Shown here: positions 1 to 9,217 of the stretch, one piece after another
How the letters are laid out: each line of letters starts with the position of its first letter
Position numbering within the stretch: the stretch's first letter is position 1
IMG/VR virus record: IMGVR_UViG_3300047551_002158
Reading direction: 5' to 3' (one strand)
Origin: a virus
Taxonomy: Duplodnaviria > Caudoviricetes
DNA: 64,000 nucleotides
Made by a program: the position numbers and the translations under genes
The notes under the pieces: generated by a model
Databases searched by the model: none
What the model saw: only the letters and a program-made list of their open reading frames with translations
Told to the model about the DNA's origin: nothing

Positions 1-659
1 CAAAGTTGGATGGCACTCTTCGTGCTTTATATACTAGTATGAGTGGTATTAAATATGGATCTGTTAAATTAATAACAACCGAAGAGCAGATTGAAAGATA
101 TCAATCTCAATTAGAAGATGAAGGAATAGTTATAGAAGTTCCTGTATCAGAAATTAAAGACTACAACGATTACAATCATTATGTAATCTACAATCTTGGA
201 AATCATATAGAAACATCCCACTGTCTACTAGTGCAGCCAGATGGATTTGTTCTCTTTCCAGAAAAGTGGGATAATACTTGGTTGGAATATGATTATATTG
301 GAGCACCTTGGGCATATGTAGAGGATGCTTATGTTGATCCTTTTGGTAATCATCATCGGGTTGGTAATGGTGGTTTTTCTCTAAGGAGTAAAAAGTTTCT
401 TGATGTTCCAACAAAGGTAGAAGTTCCTTGGGAGACTAATAATAGTGACTTCTATTGGATGCCAGAAGGTGTTGTGAATTATCACGAAGATGGAAATGTG
501 TGCGTTCATAATAGACATATTTTTATTGAACAAGGATGTAAATATGCTCCAGTAGAAGTTGCTGTTAGATTTTCACAAGAGACAAGAGTTCCTGAATGTG
601 AGGGAATAACCCCATTTGGATTTCATTATCGTTTACCCCCAGGACTTGAATTAGAATGA
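1..659 (+). CDS. DUF5672-like glycosyltransferase-associated protein, 5' end probably outside the window
   Basis: Reading frame is open from the window edge; HCLLVQPDGFV, YDYIGAPW, VGNGGFSLRSKK and HEDGNVC motifs; first gene of an ATGA-coupled operon. Confidence 0.7.
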   Translation, partial: KLDGTLRALYTSMSGIKYGSVKLITTEEQIERYQSQLEDEGIVIEVPVSEIKDYNDYNHYVIYNLGNHIETSHCLLVQPDGFVLFPEKWDNTWLEYDYIGAPWAYVEDAYVDPFGNHHRVGNGGFSLRSKKFLDVPTKVEVPWETNNSDFYWMPEGVVNYHEDGNVCVHNRHIFIEQGCKYAPVEVAVRFSQETRVPECEGITPFGFHYRLPPGLELE

Positions 660-1459
660 TTGGACATAATCACATAGGAAAAAATGGAAGGTTTGGTAAT
701 CAAATGTTCCAATATGCGGCAACTAGAGGTATTGCTGCTGCTCGCGGATATGACTTTACTATTCCCGATGGTCCTAGAATTGATGAAGAGTTTTATGATG
801 AAGAGAAGCAACATAAACTCTTTATGGCATTTAAGATGACTGGTCTTAAAAATATTGGTATGTTAGATGCGGGATATAAACAAGAAAGTTCTTTTAGGTA
901 TGATGATGAACTGGTGAATACTTGTCCCAACAATGTAAATCTATATGGATATTTTCAGTCGGAAAAGTATTTCGCCCATATAGAAGATGAAATTCGTCAA
1001 GACTTTACTTGGCGTGATGGTGTTAGGAATATGTGCAACGAAATTTTTGATAATATTATCCCAGAAGGCAATGCTATTTCACTACACGTTCGTAGAACAG
1101 ACCATCTTGTAAAGTCTTCTTTCCACCCAGTTCTTCCTTTGAGTTATTATGGGGAAGCATTATCTAAATTTGATAAGTCTCTTCCTGTTCTTGTTTTTTC
1201 TGATGATCCAAAATGGTGTAATGAGCAAGAGTTCTTTGGTGATGATAGATTTCTAATTTCTGAGGGTGGCGATAATATTACTGATATGTGTATGATGAGT
1301 ATGTGCCAGTATCAGATTATTGCAAATTCTACTTTCTCTTGGTGGGGTGCTTGGTTATCTAAGTCTGAAAATGTCATTGCCCCAAAACTATGGTTTGGTC
1401 CTGATGGAGAAGATCCAACTGATATCTATGTTGATCGTTGGGAGTATCTAGATGTCTGA
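656..1459 (+). CDS. GT11 alpha-1,2-fucosyltransferase-like protein (copy 1)
   Basis: GRFGNQMFQYA, GYFQSEKYF, HVRRTD, IIANSTFSWWGAWL motifs. Confidence 0.88.
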   Translation: MIGHNHIGKNGRFGNQMFQYAATRGIAAARGYDFTIPDGPRIDEEFYDEEKQHKLFMAFKMTGLKNIGMLDAGYKQESSFRYDDELVNTCPNNVNLYGYFQSEKYFAHIEDEIRQDFTWRDGVRNMCNEIFDNIIPEGNAISLHVRRTDHLVKSSFHPVLPLSYYGEALSKFDKSLPVLVFSDDPKWCNEQEFFGDDRFLISEGGDNITDMCMMSMCQYQIIANSTFSWWGAWLSKSENVIAPKLWFGPDGEDPTDIYVDRWEYLDV

Positions 1460-2216
1460 AATTTCTTTATGTATACCCACCTATGAATACAAAGGTGAAG
1501 GTGTAAAATATCTTGACGAATTATTTAAGTCTCTATCAACACAAACCTTTCAGGATTTTGATATTGTGATATCGGATCATAGTCAAGATCAGTCAATTAT
1601 GAATTACTGTAGAGACACTGAGTATGACTTTGAGATTACTTATATTCAAAACCCAAGTGGTAGAGGATATCAATCAACAAATACCAATTGTGCTTTAGAA
1701 AATGCTGAAAGTAAAATTTTAAAAATCATCTATCAAGATGATGTATTTGTAGATGACCAAGCTTTAGAAAAAATAAAGAATACCTTTGATGAAACAAATT
1801 GTAAGTGGATGTTTCACGGATTTACGCATACAACTGATGGAATAGAAACTCATAGAGATTGTGTTCCCAGATGGACTGATATGATGCTTGAAGGTAGAAA
1901 TTTATTGGGAAGTCCATCTTGTGTTGCGATGCTAAATGAATGTAAACTGTATATGGATGAAAATATAAAACTCCTAATTGATACCGAGTTGTATCATAGA
2001 ATGCGGATGGAGCACGGAGCACCTGAAATAATTTCTGATATCTTAATCGCAAATAGAGAGCATTCTGGAAGAACAAGTTCCAGCGGTATTAACTATGACG
2101 CTCAAATAGATCATCCTGAAGGTGGGTGGTTAGTTAATAGATCTGAACTGGAATATATTGAAGCAAAACATAAAACCTTTTGTAAGGGTGGGAGAAAATA
2201 TCCAGATGAAAATTGA
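1452..2216 (+). CDS. GT2 family glycosyltransferase
   Basis: ISLCIPTY start, IVISDHS, YQDD (DxD-like), GSPS motifs. Confidence 0.8.
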   Translation: MSEISLCIPTYEYKGEGVKYLDELFKSLSTQTFQDFDIVISDHSQDQSIMNYCRDTEYDFEITYIQNPSGRGYQSTNTNCALENAESKILKIIYQDDVFVDDQALEKIKNTFDETNCKWMFHGFTHTTDGIETHRDCVPRWTDMMLEGRNLLGSPSCVAMLNECKLYMDENIKLLIDTELYHRMRMEHGAPEIISDILIANREHSGRTSSSGINYDAQIDHPEGGWLVNRSELEYIEAKHKTFCKGGRKYPDEN

Positions 2217-3018
2217 TTTATCAGAAGCAACTTTTATTATTCCAATTCGTATTGAATCGCAAGATAGACTGCGTAATGTAATTACTACAACAGCATTTCT
2301 TTTAGAAAATTTTGATACCAATATTATTATTAAAGAGGTAGATTATGAGTCTATCTTTATTAGAGATGTTGTTCCTGTTCTAAAAGATTTCTTTGATGTT
2401 GATACTCATATCTATCATATCTTTGAAAAAAGTGATGAGACTCTCTTTCATCGACAAAGAGTTTTAAATGAAATGCTTGCGGAAACAAAAACTGAAGTTG
2501 TAGTCAATTATGATTGTGATGTTCTTCTTCCTTTAGACTCTTATCACGAAGCATATCAATCAGTTTTACTTCATACTCAAGATGTGATTTATCCTTATGG
2601 TCAAGGGATGTATCAGCAACAAGTACAAGCAACTGATGAAATAGTCTCTCATTTTCTACAAACAGGAGACTTTGATTATCTTGAGAAGCATTCAAAACTT
2701 CATACTTCAGATTTTGGATGGGTTCAATTCTTCAATAAAAAAGTTTATATTGAAGGTGGTATGGAGAATGAAAATTTCAAAGCTTATGCTCCCGAAGATA
2801 AAGAAAGGTTTTACAGATTCACTACATTGGGTTATAATGTAGGACGTATCAATGATTATGTTTATCATCTAGAACATTCAAGAGGACAGAATTCTTGGTT
2901 CAGTAATCCATATATGAAAAGTAATATGGAGGAATGGGAAAAGATTCGGAAGATGAATAAAGAAAAATTATTAGAATATTATTCAAATCAAAATTATCTT
3001 AAAAAGTATTTACTATGA
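2206..3018 (+). CDS. Glycosyltransferase with GT2/GT7 C-terminal (galactosyltransferase-like) domain
   Basis: FIIPIR...RLRN, YDCDV DxD motif, GGMENENFKAYAPEDKER, YHLEH; ATG at 2206 chosen over the ORF-track start. Confidence 0.75.
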   Translation: MKIDLSEATFIIPIRIESQDRLRNVITTTAFLLENFDTNIIIKEVDYESIFIRDVVPVLKDFFDVDTHIYHIFEKSDETLFHRQRVLNEMLAETKTEVVVNYDCDVLLPLDSYHEAYQSVLLHTQDVIYPYGQGMYQQQVQATDEIVSHFLQTGDFDYLEKHSKLHTSDFGWVQFFNKKVYIEGGMENENFKAYAPEDKERFYRFTTLGYNVGRINDYVYHLEHSRGQNSWFSNPYMKSNMEEWEKIRKMNKEKLLEYYSNQNYLKKYLL

Positions 3019-3608
3019 CTAAGAAAAAAATTATCATCGATAAGAATTTTCTACTATCATCTGCCTATGAAGAGTATGAATATCTTCTTGAATTTATGAA
3101 TTGTAAAGGAAATTACAATAAACCGGGAATTAGTGATTATCCTTTTTATGCATATTTTTCGACATTAGTTGATAATACTACTATTTTAGAAATAGGAACC
3201 TCCGAAGGTGGATCTGCAATTATGATGTCCCATAACCAAAAAAATAAAATTATTAGTTATGATGTTGTTAAGCAAGATACAGTTCCTGATGGTAATTTGA
3301 GAGGAATCGATTTTCGTATTGGTAATTTCATGTCTGATAAAATTGATTATAGTCAAATTGACTTAATTACTATCGATGCTGCTCATAATGGAGTGGAAGA
3401 AATAGAGATGGTAAAACATCTCCAAAAAAATTGGAGAGGTGGTCTTTTATTTTTGGATGACATTAATTTGAGTCAAATGCGTGTATTTTGGGAAAGCATT
3501 GATAAAGATCGGCATGAAGTTTTTGATATTTCAGATATTGCTCACGGGCATCATGGAAGTGGATTAGTTAATTTTAATAGGTACTTTGATTTGACCATTA
3601 AAGAGTAA
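3015..3608 (+). CDS. Class I SAM-dependent methyltransferase (Methyltransf_24-like)
   Basis: ILEIGTSEGGS, DLITIDAAH, GGLLFLDD motifs. Confidence 0.75.
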   Translation: MTKKKIIIDKNFLLSSAYEEYEYLLEFMNCKGNYNKPGISDYPFYAYFSTLVDNTTILEIGTSEGGSAIMMSHNQKNKIISYDVVKQDTVPDGNLRGIDFRIGNFMSDKIDYSQIDLITIDAAHNGVEEIEMVKHLQKNWRGGLLFLDDINLSQMRVFWESIDKDRHEVFDISDIAHGHHGSGLVNFNRYFDLTIKE

Positions 3609-3612
3609 ATTT

Positions 3613-4470
3613 ATGTTGGCATTTAATCAAATTGGAAATCTTGGTAGACTCGGAAATCAAATGTTCGAGTATGCTGCTTTGCGAGGAATTGCTTTCTATC
3701 ACGGATACGATTGGTGTATTCCTCCTTATAGTAAAAAGGGTATTGAAAATTACAGTCTTCATTACTGTTTTAAGTTAGAATCTGTGCAGGAAGATAATCT
3801 AAATTATCTTGATCATTATCAGTATGTACAAGAAAGGTTTTTTCATTTTGATGAAGAACTTTTTGAAAACTGTCCAGACAATGTAAGTCTTCATGGATTC
3901 TTTCAATCGGAAAAATACTTCAAACATATTTCTGATGAAATTCGTAAAGACTTTACCTTTCACGATGAGCATTTGGGACCGTGTAAAGAGATGATGGATA
4001 CCATAGAAGGACAAGAACCAATTATGCTTCACGTTCGTCGTGGTGATCCAAATCTAGTTGACCCTCGTGGATTTAAATGGAGTTATACTCAATGCGGAGA
4101 TCAACATCCAGTTCAACCTCTTGAATATTATGAAAAGGCTTTATCTGAGTTTGATGATAGTCAACCAGTAGTTGTATTTTCAGATTCTCCTGAGTGGGTT
4201 AAAGAACAAGAATTCTTTTCTAGCGATAGGTTCTTAATTTCAGAACCACAAGAAAAATATGATGATGGATCATATACTCCATATTCAGATTTGTGCTTGA
4301 TGTCTTTATGCTCTCATGCTATTATTGCTAATAGTAGTTTAAGTTGGTGGGGTGCTTGGTTGATTTCAAATCCAAACAAAAAAGTCATTGCTCCCAAAAT
4401 GTGGTTTGGTCCTGCATATGCTGATAAAGATACAAAAGACCTTTATTGTTCAGATTGGAAAGTGTTATGA
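3613..4470 (+). CDS. GT11 alpha-1,2-fucosyltransferase-like protein (copy 2)
   Basis: GRLGNQMFEYA, HVRRGD, IANSSLSWWGAWL motifs. Confidence 0.9.
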   Translation: MLAFNQIGNLGRLGNQMFEYAALRGIAFYHGYDWCIPPYSKKGIENYSLHYCFKLESVQEDNLNYLDHYQYVQERFFHFDEELFENCPDNVSLHGFFQSEKYFKHISDEIRKDFTFHDEHLGPCKEMMDTIEGQEPIMLHVRRGDPNLVDPRGFKWSYTQCGDQHPVQPLEYYEKALSEFDDSQPVVVFSDSPEWVKEQEFFSSDRFLISEPQEKYDDGSYTPYSDLCLMSLCSHAIIANSSLSWWGAWLISNPNKKVIAPKMWFGPAYADKDTKDLYCSDWKVL

Positions 4471-5294
4471 ATAGAATTACAAATTACGAAGAGTTAAAAA
4501 ATAAAATTACTGGTTGGATTGGGGATTACATTTTACAGAATCCAAGTATTAAATCTCTAGTTGTTGGTGTTTCTGGTGGTATTGATTCTGCAGTAGTTTC
4601 TACTCTTTGTGCAGAGACTGGACTACCTACTTATGTTTTATCTATGCCTCTTCATTCTATTTCTAAGAATGATGCTCTGTCCGATGATTATACGGATTAC
4701 CTTGAGAAAAAGTATGATAATGTAACAAAGATTAGAATTGATCTGACCTCAGTTTATGATCAACTAATCAGTTCTTTTGATTACTGGACTGGTAGTGGAA
4801 AATTAACTTTAAACAATCTAGCAAATGCCAATACAAAGTCACGTATTCGTATGGTAACTTTGTATCAGGTTGCTGGTAATGTTAGTGGTATCGTTGTAGG
4901 TACTGGTAATAAAGTTGAAGATTACGGTGTAGGATTTTATACTAAATATGGTGATGGTGGAGTTGATATTGCTCCTATCGCAGATCTCTATAAAACTGAA
5001 GTATGGGAACTTGGAAAACATCTTGGGGTAGATCAACGTATTATTGACGCACCTCCCACAGATGGACTATGGGAAGATAGCCGAACTGATGAAGATCAGA
5101 TTGGTGCTTCTTATGAACTTCTTGAATGGGTTATGGAATCGAGAATTATTGATTCTTCTTATGATTCTGAAGCATTGACTATGTGGATGGACAAAGAATT
5201 AACAGAAGAACAGAAGTCTGCGATTAAGCAATACAAAAAATTCAACACACAAAACAAACATAAAATGATATCTATTCCTACATTTAAACTATGA
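4467..5294 (+). CDS. nadE: NH3-dependent NAD+ synthetase
   Basis: GVSGGIDS PP-loop, NTKSRIRM, GTGNKVE, GFYTKYGDGG, PIADLYKTEV, PTDGLW, DEDQIG; ATG overlaps the upstream TGA. Confidence 0.92.
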   Translation: MNRITNYEELKNKITGWIGDYILQNPSIKSLVVGVSGGIDSAVVSTLCAETGLPTYVLSMPLHSISKNDALSDDYTDYLEKKYDNVTKIRIDLTSVYDQLISSFDYWTGSGKLTLNNLANANTKSRIRMVTLYQVAGNVSGIVVGTGNKVEDYGVGFYTKYGDGGVDIAPIADLYKTEVWELGKHLGVDQRIIDAPPTDGLWEDSRTDEDQIGASYELLEWVMESRIIDSSYDSEALTMWMDKELTEEQKSAIKQYKKFNTQNKHKMISIPTFKL

Positions 5295-6433
5295 AAATTG
5301 GAGTAATCGGAGCTGGGAGACTTGGAATTTGTTTTGCTCTCCTTTGCGAACAAGCGGGTTATGATGTAGTTGTATCTGATATTAGAGAAGACTATATTCA
5401 AGATCTCAAAAATAAAAAGATTTCTACTAATGAACCTGAGGTTCAAGAACTTCTTTCTAAGAGTACAAAACTAAAAGCAACTATAAGTAATCTAGATGTA
5501 ATTGATGAGTGTGATCTAATTTATACTTTAGTTGCCACTCCATCTCTACCATCTGGAGATTATGATGTAAGTGCTGTTTGGAAAGTTGTAAATGATGTAC
5601 AATCAGCACCAAATGTTAAAGGTAAAACCTTTGTTGTTGGATGTACTACCAATCCTGGAGACTGTGAGTTATTCCAAAAACAATTAGAACCTTATGGAGT
5701 TGATGTGTTTTATAATCCAGAGTTTATCGCACAGGGATCCATCATCCGAGATTTGAGACGTGCTGATATGGTCTTGATAGGTGGAAAGAGAAATGAAGTT
5801 TATTATCAACTTTGTGAACTTTATAATAAAATTCAAGAAACTCCACCGAGTATTAATATTATGTCTACCACTGCTGCTGAACTTGTGAAGTTGGCAGTGA
5901 ACTGTTTCCTCACAACTAAAATTAGTTATGCTAATATGGTCGGTGAAGTTATGACTTTGGCAGGTCTAGAGGATGAAATCTCCACTGTTCTTGGAGCAAT
6001 TGGTGATGATAGTAGAGTTGGTAGAAAATATCTTAATTATGGATATGGGTTTGGTGGTCCGTGCTTACCAAGAGACAATCGTTCTTTTGCTGCTTATGCA
6101 AAAAAACTTGGATTAGAATATAATCTTGGAAAAACAACAGATGATTTTAATAATGAACACGCTAAGTTTTTGAAAGATTATTTCATTAAAAAGAATGATA
6201 GAAAACTTCCTTTTGCTTTTCATTACATTTCTTATAAGGAAGGGACAGACATTCTCGCAGAAAGTCAACAATATCGCCTTTGTTTAGATTTTCTTAATGA
6301 AGGGTATAAAGTTTATATCTTAGATAATCTTGCTATTCTTGAGCAAGTAAGAGACTACTTAGAAAAAAAATATGAAGATTTAGTAATTGTTAATGGAATT
6401 CCTAATGAAGAAGTTTATTGGATTGAATTATGA
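5291..6433 (+). CDS. ugd: UDP-glucose/GDP-mannose 6-dehydrogenase family protein
   Basis: GAGRLG Rossmann motif, YNPEFIAQG, AELVKLAVN, GFGGPCLPRD catalytic Cys motif. Confidence 0.88.
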   Translation: MKIGVIGAGRLGICFALLCEQAGYDVVVSDIREDYIQDLKNKKISTNEPEVQELLSKSTKLKATISNLDVIDECDLIYTLVATPSLPSGDYDVSAVWKVVNDVQSAPNVKGKTFVVGCTTNPGDCELFQKQLEPYGVDVFYNPEFIAQGSIIRDLRRADMVLIGGKRNEVYYQLCELYNKIQETPPSINIMSTTAAELVKLAVNCFLTTKISYANMVGEVMTLAGLEDEISTVLGAIGDDSRVGRKYLNYGYGFGGPCLPRDNRSFAAYAKKLGLEYNLGKTTDDFNNEHAKFLKDYFIKKNDRKLPFAFHYISYKEGTDILAESQQYRLCLDFLNEGYKVYILDNLAILEQVRDYLEKKYEDLVIVNGIPNEEVYWIEL

Positions 6434-7236
6434 ACGAATTAATAGACAAAAATAAATCTACATATAAACTTAAAAATATTGGTCCAATATATTATTTGAA
6501 TCTTGATGGTCAACCAGAGAGACGAAAATATATGGAAGACCAATTTAAATATTGGGAAATTGAAAATTATACTCGCATATCTGCATATGATGGTCGTGAA
6601 GATGACTTGAGTGATATTATTGTTGGTCGTTATCCCGAAATGATGACTTCCGGAGAAGTTGGTTGTATTACTTCTCACTTAAAGGCAATTAAACATTGGT
6701 ATGAAACTTCTAATAGTCCATATGTGATTATTATGGAAGATGATTGCAATCTTGATCTTGTAAAGTATTGGAACTTTACCTGGTCAGATTTTTATGCACA
6801 TATTCCATATGATTGGGACGTAGTTCAAATTGCAATTATTTGTACTGGAGATATTCACGTTAAATTGCATAAGAGATTTGTTAATGATTTTTCAACTGCT
6901 TGTTATTTAATTAATAGACATCACGCAGAAAAACTTTTAAAATTTCACGTTCGTGGTGATAAGTATAAACTTGATAATGGTGTCAAACCTCGTCCAGTTG
7001 CAGATGATTTAATTTATAATTCTGGCAATACTTATTCAATCCCTCTTCTTTTGTATAGGATTGAACTTGGATCGTCTATCCATCCAGAACACGTTGACAT
7101 TTATCATAAGGCAAATTTCAATGCGTTGAGTGAGTTTTGGCAGCAAAATGGTGCTCAGATTGATATTAAAGAGTATATGGACTATGATCCTTACCTTGGT
7201 AGAATAACTGAACCATCAAATCAACAAACCTCTTGA
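6430..7236 (+). CDS. GT25 family glycosyltransferase
   Basis: YYLNLD..PERR, RISAYDG, GEVGCITSH, IIMEDD, STACYLI motifs. Confidence 0.85.
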   Translation: MNELIDKNKSTYKLKNIGPIYYLNLDGQPERRKYMEDQFKYWEIENYTRISAYDGREDDLSDIIVGRYPEMMTSGEVGCITSHLKAIKHWYETSNSPYVIIMEDDCNLDLVKYWNFTWSDFYAHIPYDWDVVQIAIICTGDIHVKLHKRFVNDFSTACYLINRHHAEKLLKFHVRGDKYKLDNGVKPRPVADDLIYNSGNTYSIPLLLYRIELGSSIHPEHVDIYHKANFNALSEFWQQNGAQIDIKEYMDYDPYLGRITEPSNQQTS

Positions 7237-7266
7237 CAACCTTTCAAGTCTCCTCTATACTAAATA
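7233..7266 (+). promoter_or_regulatory. sigma70-type promoter overlapped by a T4-like late promoter, upstream of the porin
   Basis: TTGACA 7233-7238, 17-bp spacer, TATACT 7256-7261, overlapping CTAAATA 7260-7266. Confidence 0.8.
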
Positions 7267-7329
7267 AGTACTTAAGAATTCAGTTGTAATTCTTAACATT
7301 TGTCCTATAGTACAAAATAAAACAAACTT

Positions 7330-8802
7330 ATGAAACTCAAACAACTGATGCTTGCACCTGTTGCTCTGGGAATGGTTGCTCCTGTTGCTGCGAATGCGGC
7401 AGATCTTAATATTGCAGCAGTCAACCAGTATTCTTCTGAACAGGTCACAAGTGTCTCTCAGTTCTCTGATGTAAAGCCCACTGACTGGGCATATCAAGCA
7501 CTCAGCAATCTCGTAGAGCGTTATGGTTGCGTTGCTGGTTATCCTAATGGAACCTATGGTGGTGGCAAGGCAATGACCCGCTATGAAGCAGCAGCACTAC
7601 TGAATGCCTGTCTTGATCGTGTAACAGAAGTTACCGATGAACTGAAGCGTCTCCAAGCAGAATTTGCTCAGGAACTTGCTGTTCTTCGTGGTCGTGTTGA
7701 TGCTGCTGAGGCACGCATCGGTCAACTGGAAGCAACTCAATTCTCCACCACTACCAAACTGCGTGGTGAAACGACTTTCGTTCTGGGTGGTGTTCCTGGT
7801 TATGATACCAAGGATGATGTAAGCACTCGTACTGCTTTCAACTACGATGTTCGTCTGAACTTCGATACTTCGTTTACTGGTTCGGATCTGCTTCGTACCC
7901 GTCTTCGTTCCTCTAACTTCAGTGCTGATCCTTTCGGTTCTTCTTCTTCCCTGTTCAAACTGGACAAGGCAGACAACTTCTCCAGTGCTAATGGTGATAA
8001 TGTAGTCCTTGACCGTCTGTACTATCAGTTCCCTGCATTCAATAACCGTGCAACCCTGACTGCTGGTGCTAAGGTTCGTAACACCGAAATGGCATGGATT
8101 CCTTCTGCATACAAGTCTGAGGTTCTGGACTTCTTTGCTGTTGCTGGTGCTCCTGGTGTTTATAACAAGGCAACTGGTGCTGGTTTCGGTGCTCTCTGGA
8201 GTCAAGGTAAGACTGGTCTCGTTGCTGGTGTAAACTATGTGGCACAGTCTGGTTCCGATTCCTCCAAAGGTGAGTTTGATGAGACTGGTGCTCTGAACAC
8301 TCTGGCACAAATCGGTTATCGTGGTACTAACTACGGTATTGCATTCGGTTATCGTTATGGTACTGAAGGCACCCGTGTTCGCACCTACAACGGTCTGAAC
8401 GGTGCTTCTGGTACTCTGGTTCCTGGTCAAACCTCCAACGGTTATGCTATCAACGCATACTGGCAACCCAAGCAATCTGGTTGGGTTCCTTCGGTCTCTG
8501 CTGCCTATGGTTGGAACACCGTAAGTGGTACTGAGAGTGCTGCTACCGATAGTCAATCCTGGTTCGCTGGTCTCCAGTGGGCAGATGTGTTTGCTAAAGG
8601 TAATTCTGCTGGTATTGCTGTGGGTCAGGCACCTACGGGTCAAGATCTGGAGTCTGCAACGATGCTTGAAATCTTCTACAAGTATCAAGTTTCGGACAAT
8701 ATCAGCATCACTCCTGCAATCTTCTATGCAAGTGATAATCAGCGCCTGATCGGTGATGCCTCCAAGTGGGGTGGTGTTATCCAGACTAAGTTTACTTTCT
8801 GA
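7330..8802 (+). CDS. som: Cyanobacterial outer-membrane porin (Som/OprB-like, N-terminal SLH domain)
   Basis: Signal peptide; SLH block FSDVKPTDWAYQAL..RYGCVAGYP..TRYEAAALLNACLD; coiled coil; QFSTTTKLRGE barrel start; C-terminal Phe (TKFTF). Confidence 0.93.
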   Translation: MKLKQLMLAPVALGMVAPVAANAADLNIAAVNQYSSEQVTSVSQFSDVKPTDWAYQALSNLVERYGCVAGYPNGTYGGGKAMTRYEAAALLNACLDRVTEVTDELKRLQAEFAQELAVLRGRVDAAEARIGQLEATQFSTTTKLRGETTFVLGGVPGYDTKDDVSTRTAFNYDVRLNFDTSFTGSDLLRTRLRSSNFSADPFGSSSSLFKLDKADNFSSANGDNVVLDRLYYQFPAFNNRATLTAGAKVRNTEMAWIPSAYKSEVLDFFAVAGAPGVYNKATGAGFGALWSQGKTGLVAGVNYVAQSGSDSSKGEFDETGALNTLAQIGYRGTNYGIAFGYRYGTEGTRVRTYNGLNGASGTLVPGQTSNGYAINAYWQPKQSGWVPSVSAAYGWNTVSGTESAATDSQSWFAGLQWADVFAKGNSAGIAVGQAPTGQDLESATMLEIFYKYQVSDNISITPAIFYASDNQRLIGDASKWGGVIQTKFTF

Positions 8803-8825
8803 TAATCTGAAAGTGTGGTAAACTT

Positions 8826-8851
8826 GGAGGGGATAAAACCCCTCCTTTTTA
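8826..8851 (+). terminator. Rho-independent terminator
   Basis: GGAGGGG-ATAAAA-CCCCTCC followed by a T tract. Confidence 0.85.
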
Positions 8852-8866
8852 ATGTGGAGAAATTAA

Positions 8867-9142
8867 ATGTATGATTATTGGGTTGTAACAGAAAGGTCTA
8901 CTGGGAGAGTAATTGCTCATTGTGGTGAAGAAAGAGATGCAATTATGATGTATGAATTTGATACTAATAATAGAAGTTATAGAAAACAGAAGTTCATTAT
9001 GGATCAAGTAATTGATATTACTTCTACTTACGATAAACAACTTCCAGGACAAATTGGGCTTCCTGAAGGTGAAGTAAATCAACTTCAAGAGTTCAAGGTC
9101 AAACTTCCTGAAGGTGAAGGACAACCTGTTAATATCAGGTAA
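8867..9142 (+). CDS. Hypothetical protein
   Basis: 91-aa ORF with GGAG RBS, between porin and pstS. Confidence 0.7.
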   Translation: MYDYWVVTERSTGRVIAHCGEERDAIMMYEFDTNNRSYRKQKFIMDQVIDITSTYDKQLPGQIGLPEGEVNQLQEFKVKLPEGEGQPVNIR

Positions 9143-9149
9143 TTAAAAC

Positions 9150-9179
9150 CTTAACCTTCTCTTAGTTGATTTTTACTTT
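9150..9179 (+). promoter_or_regulatory. Putative cyanobacterial Pho box (SphR/PhoB site)
   Basis: CTTAACCT-tct-CTTAGTTG-att-TTTACTTT: three 8-mers at 11-bp period matching YTTAAYYW at 8/8, 6/8 and 7/8, about 40 bp upstream of pstS. Confidence 0.5.
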
Positions 9180-9217
9180 TATCTCTTTTAGAATTTCTTT
9201 GTAGTTATTCACTTTTT

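Noticed and set aside
7271-7299. Pho box at the porin promoter
   Set aside because: The two CTTAA half-sites are 21 bp apart with no middle repeat, off the 11-bp period; too weak to call
7597-8688. 363-aa antisense ORF opposite the porin (also 9614-10225 opposite pstS and 44405-44998 opposite gp48)
   Set aside because: Shadow frames produced by biased codon usage of the real gene; no RBS, motif or independent signal
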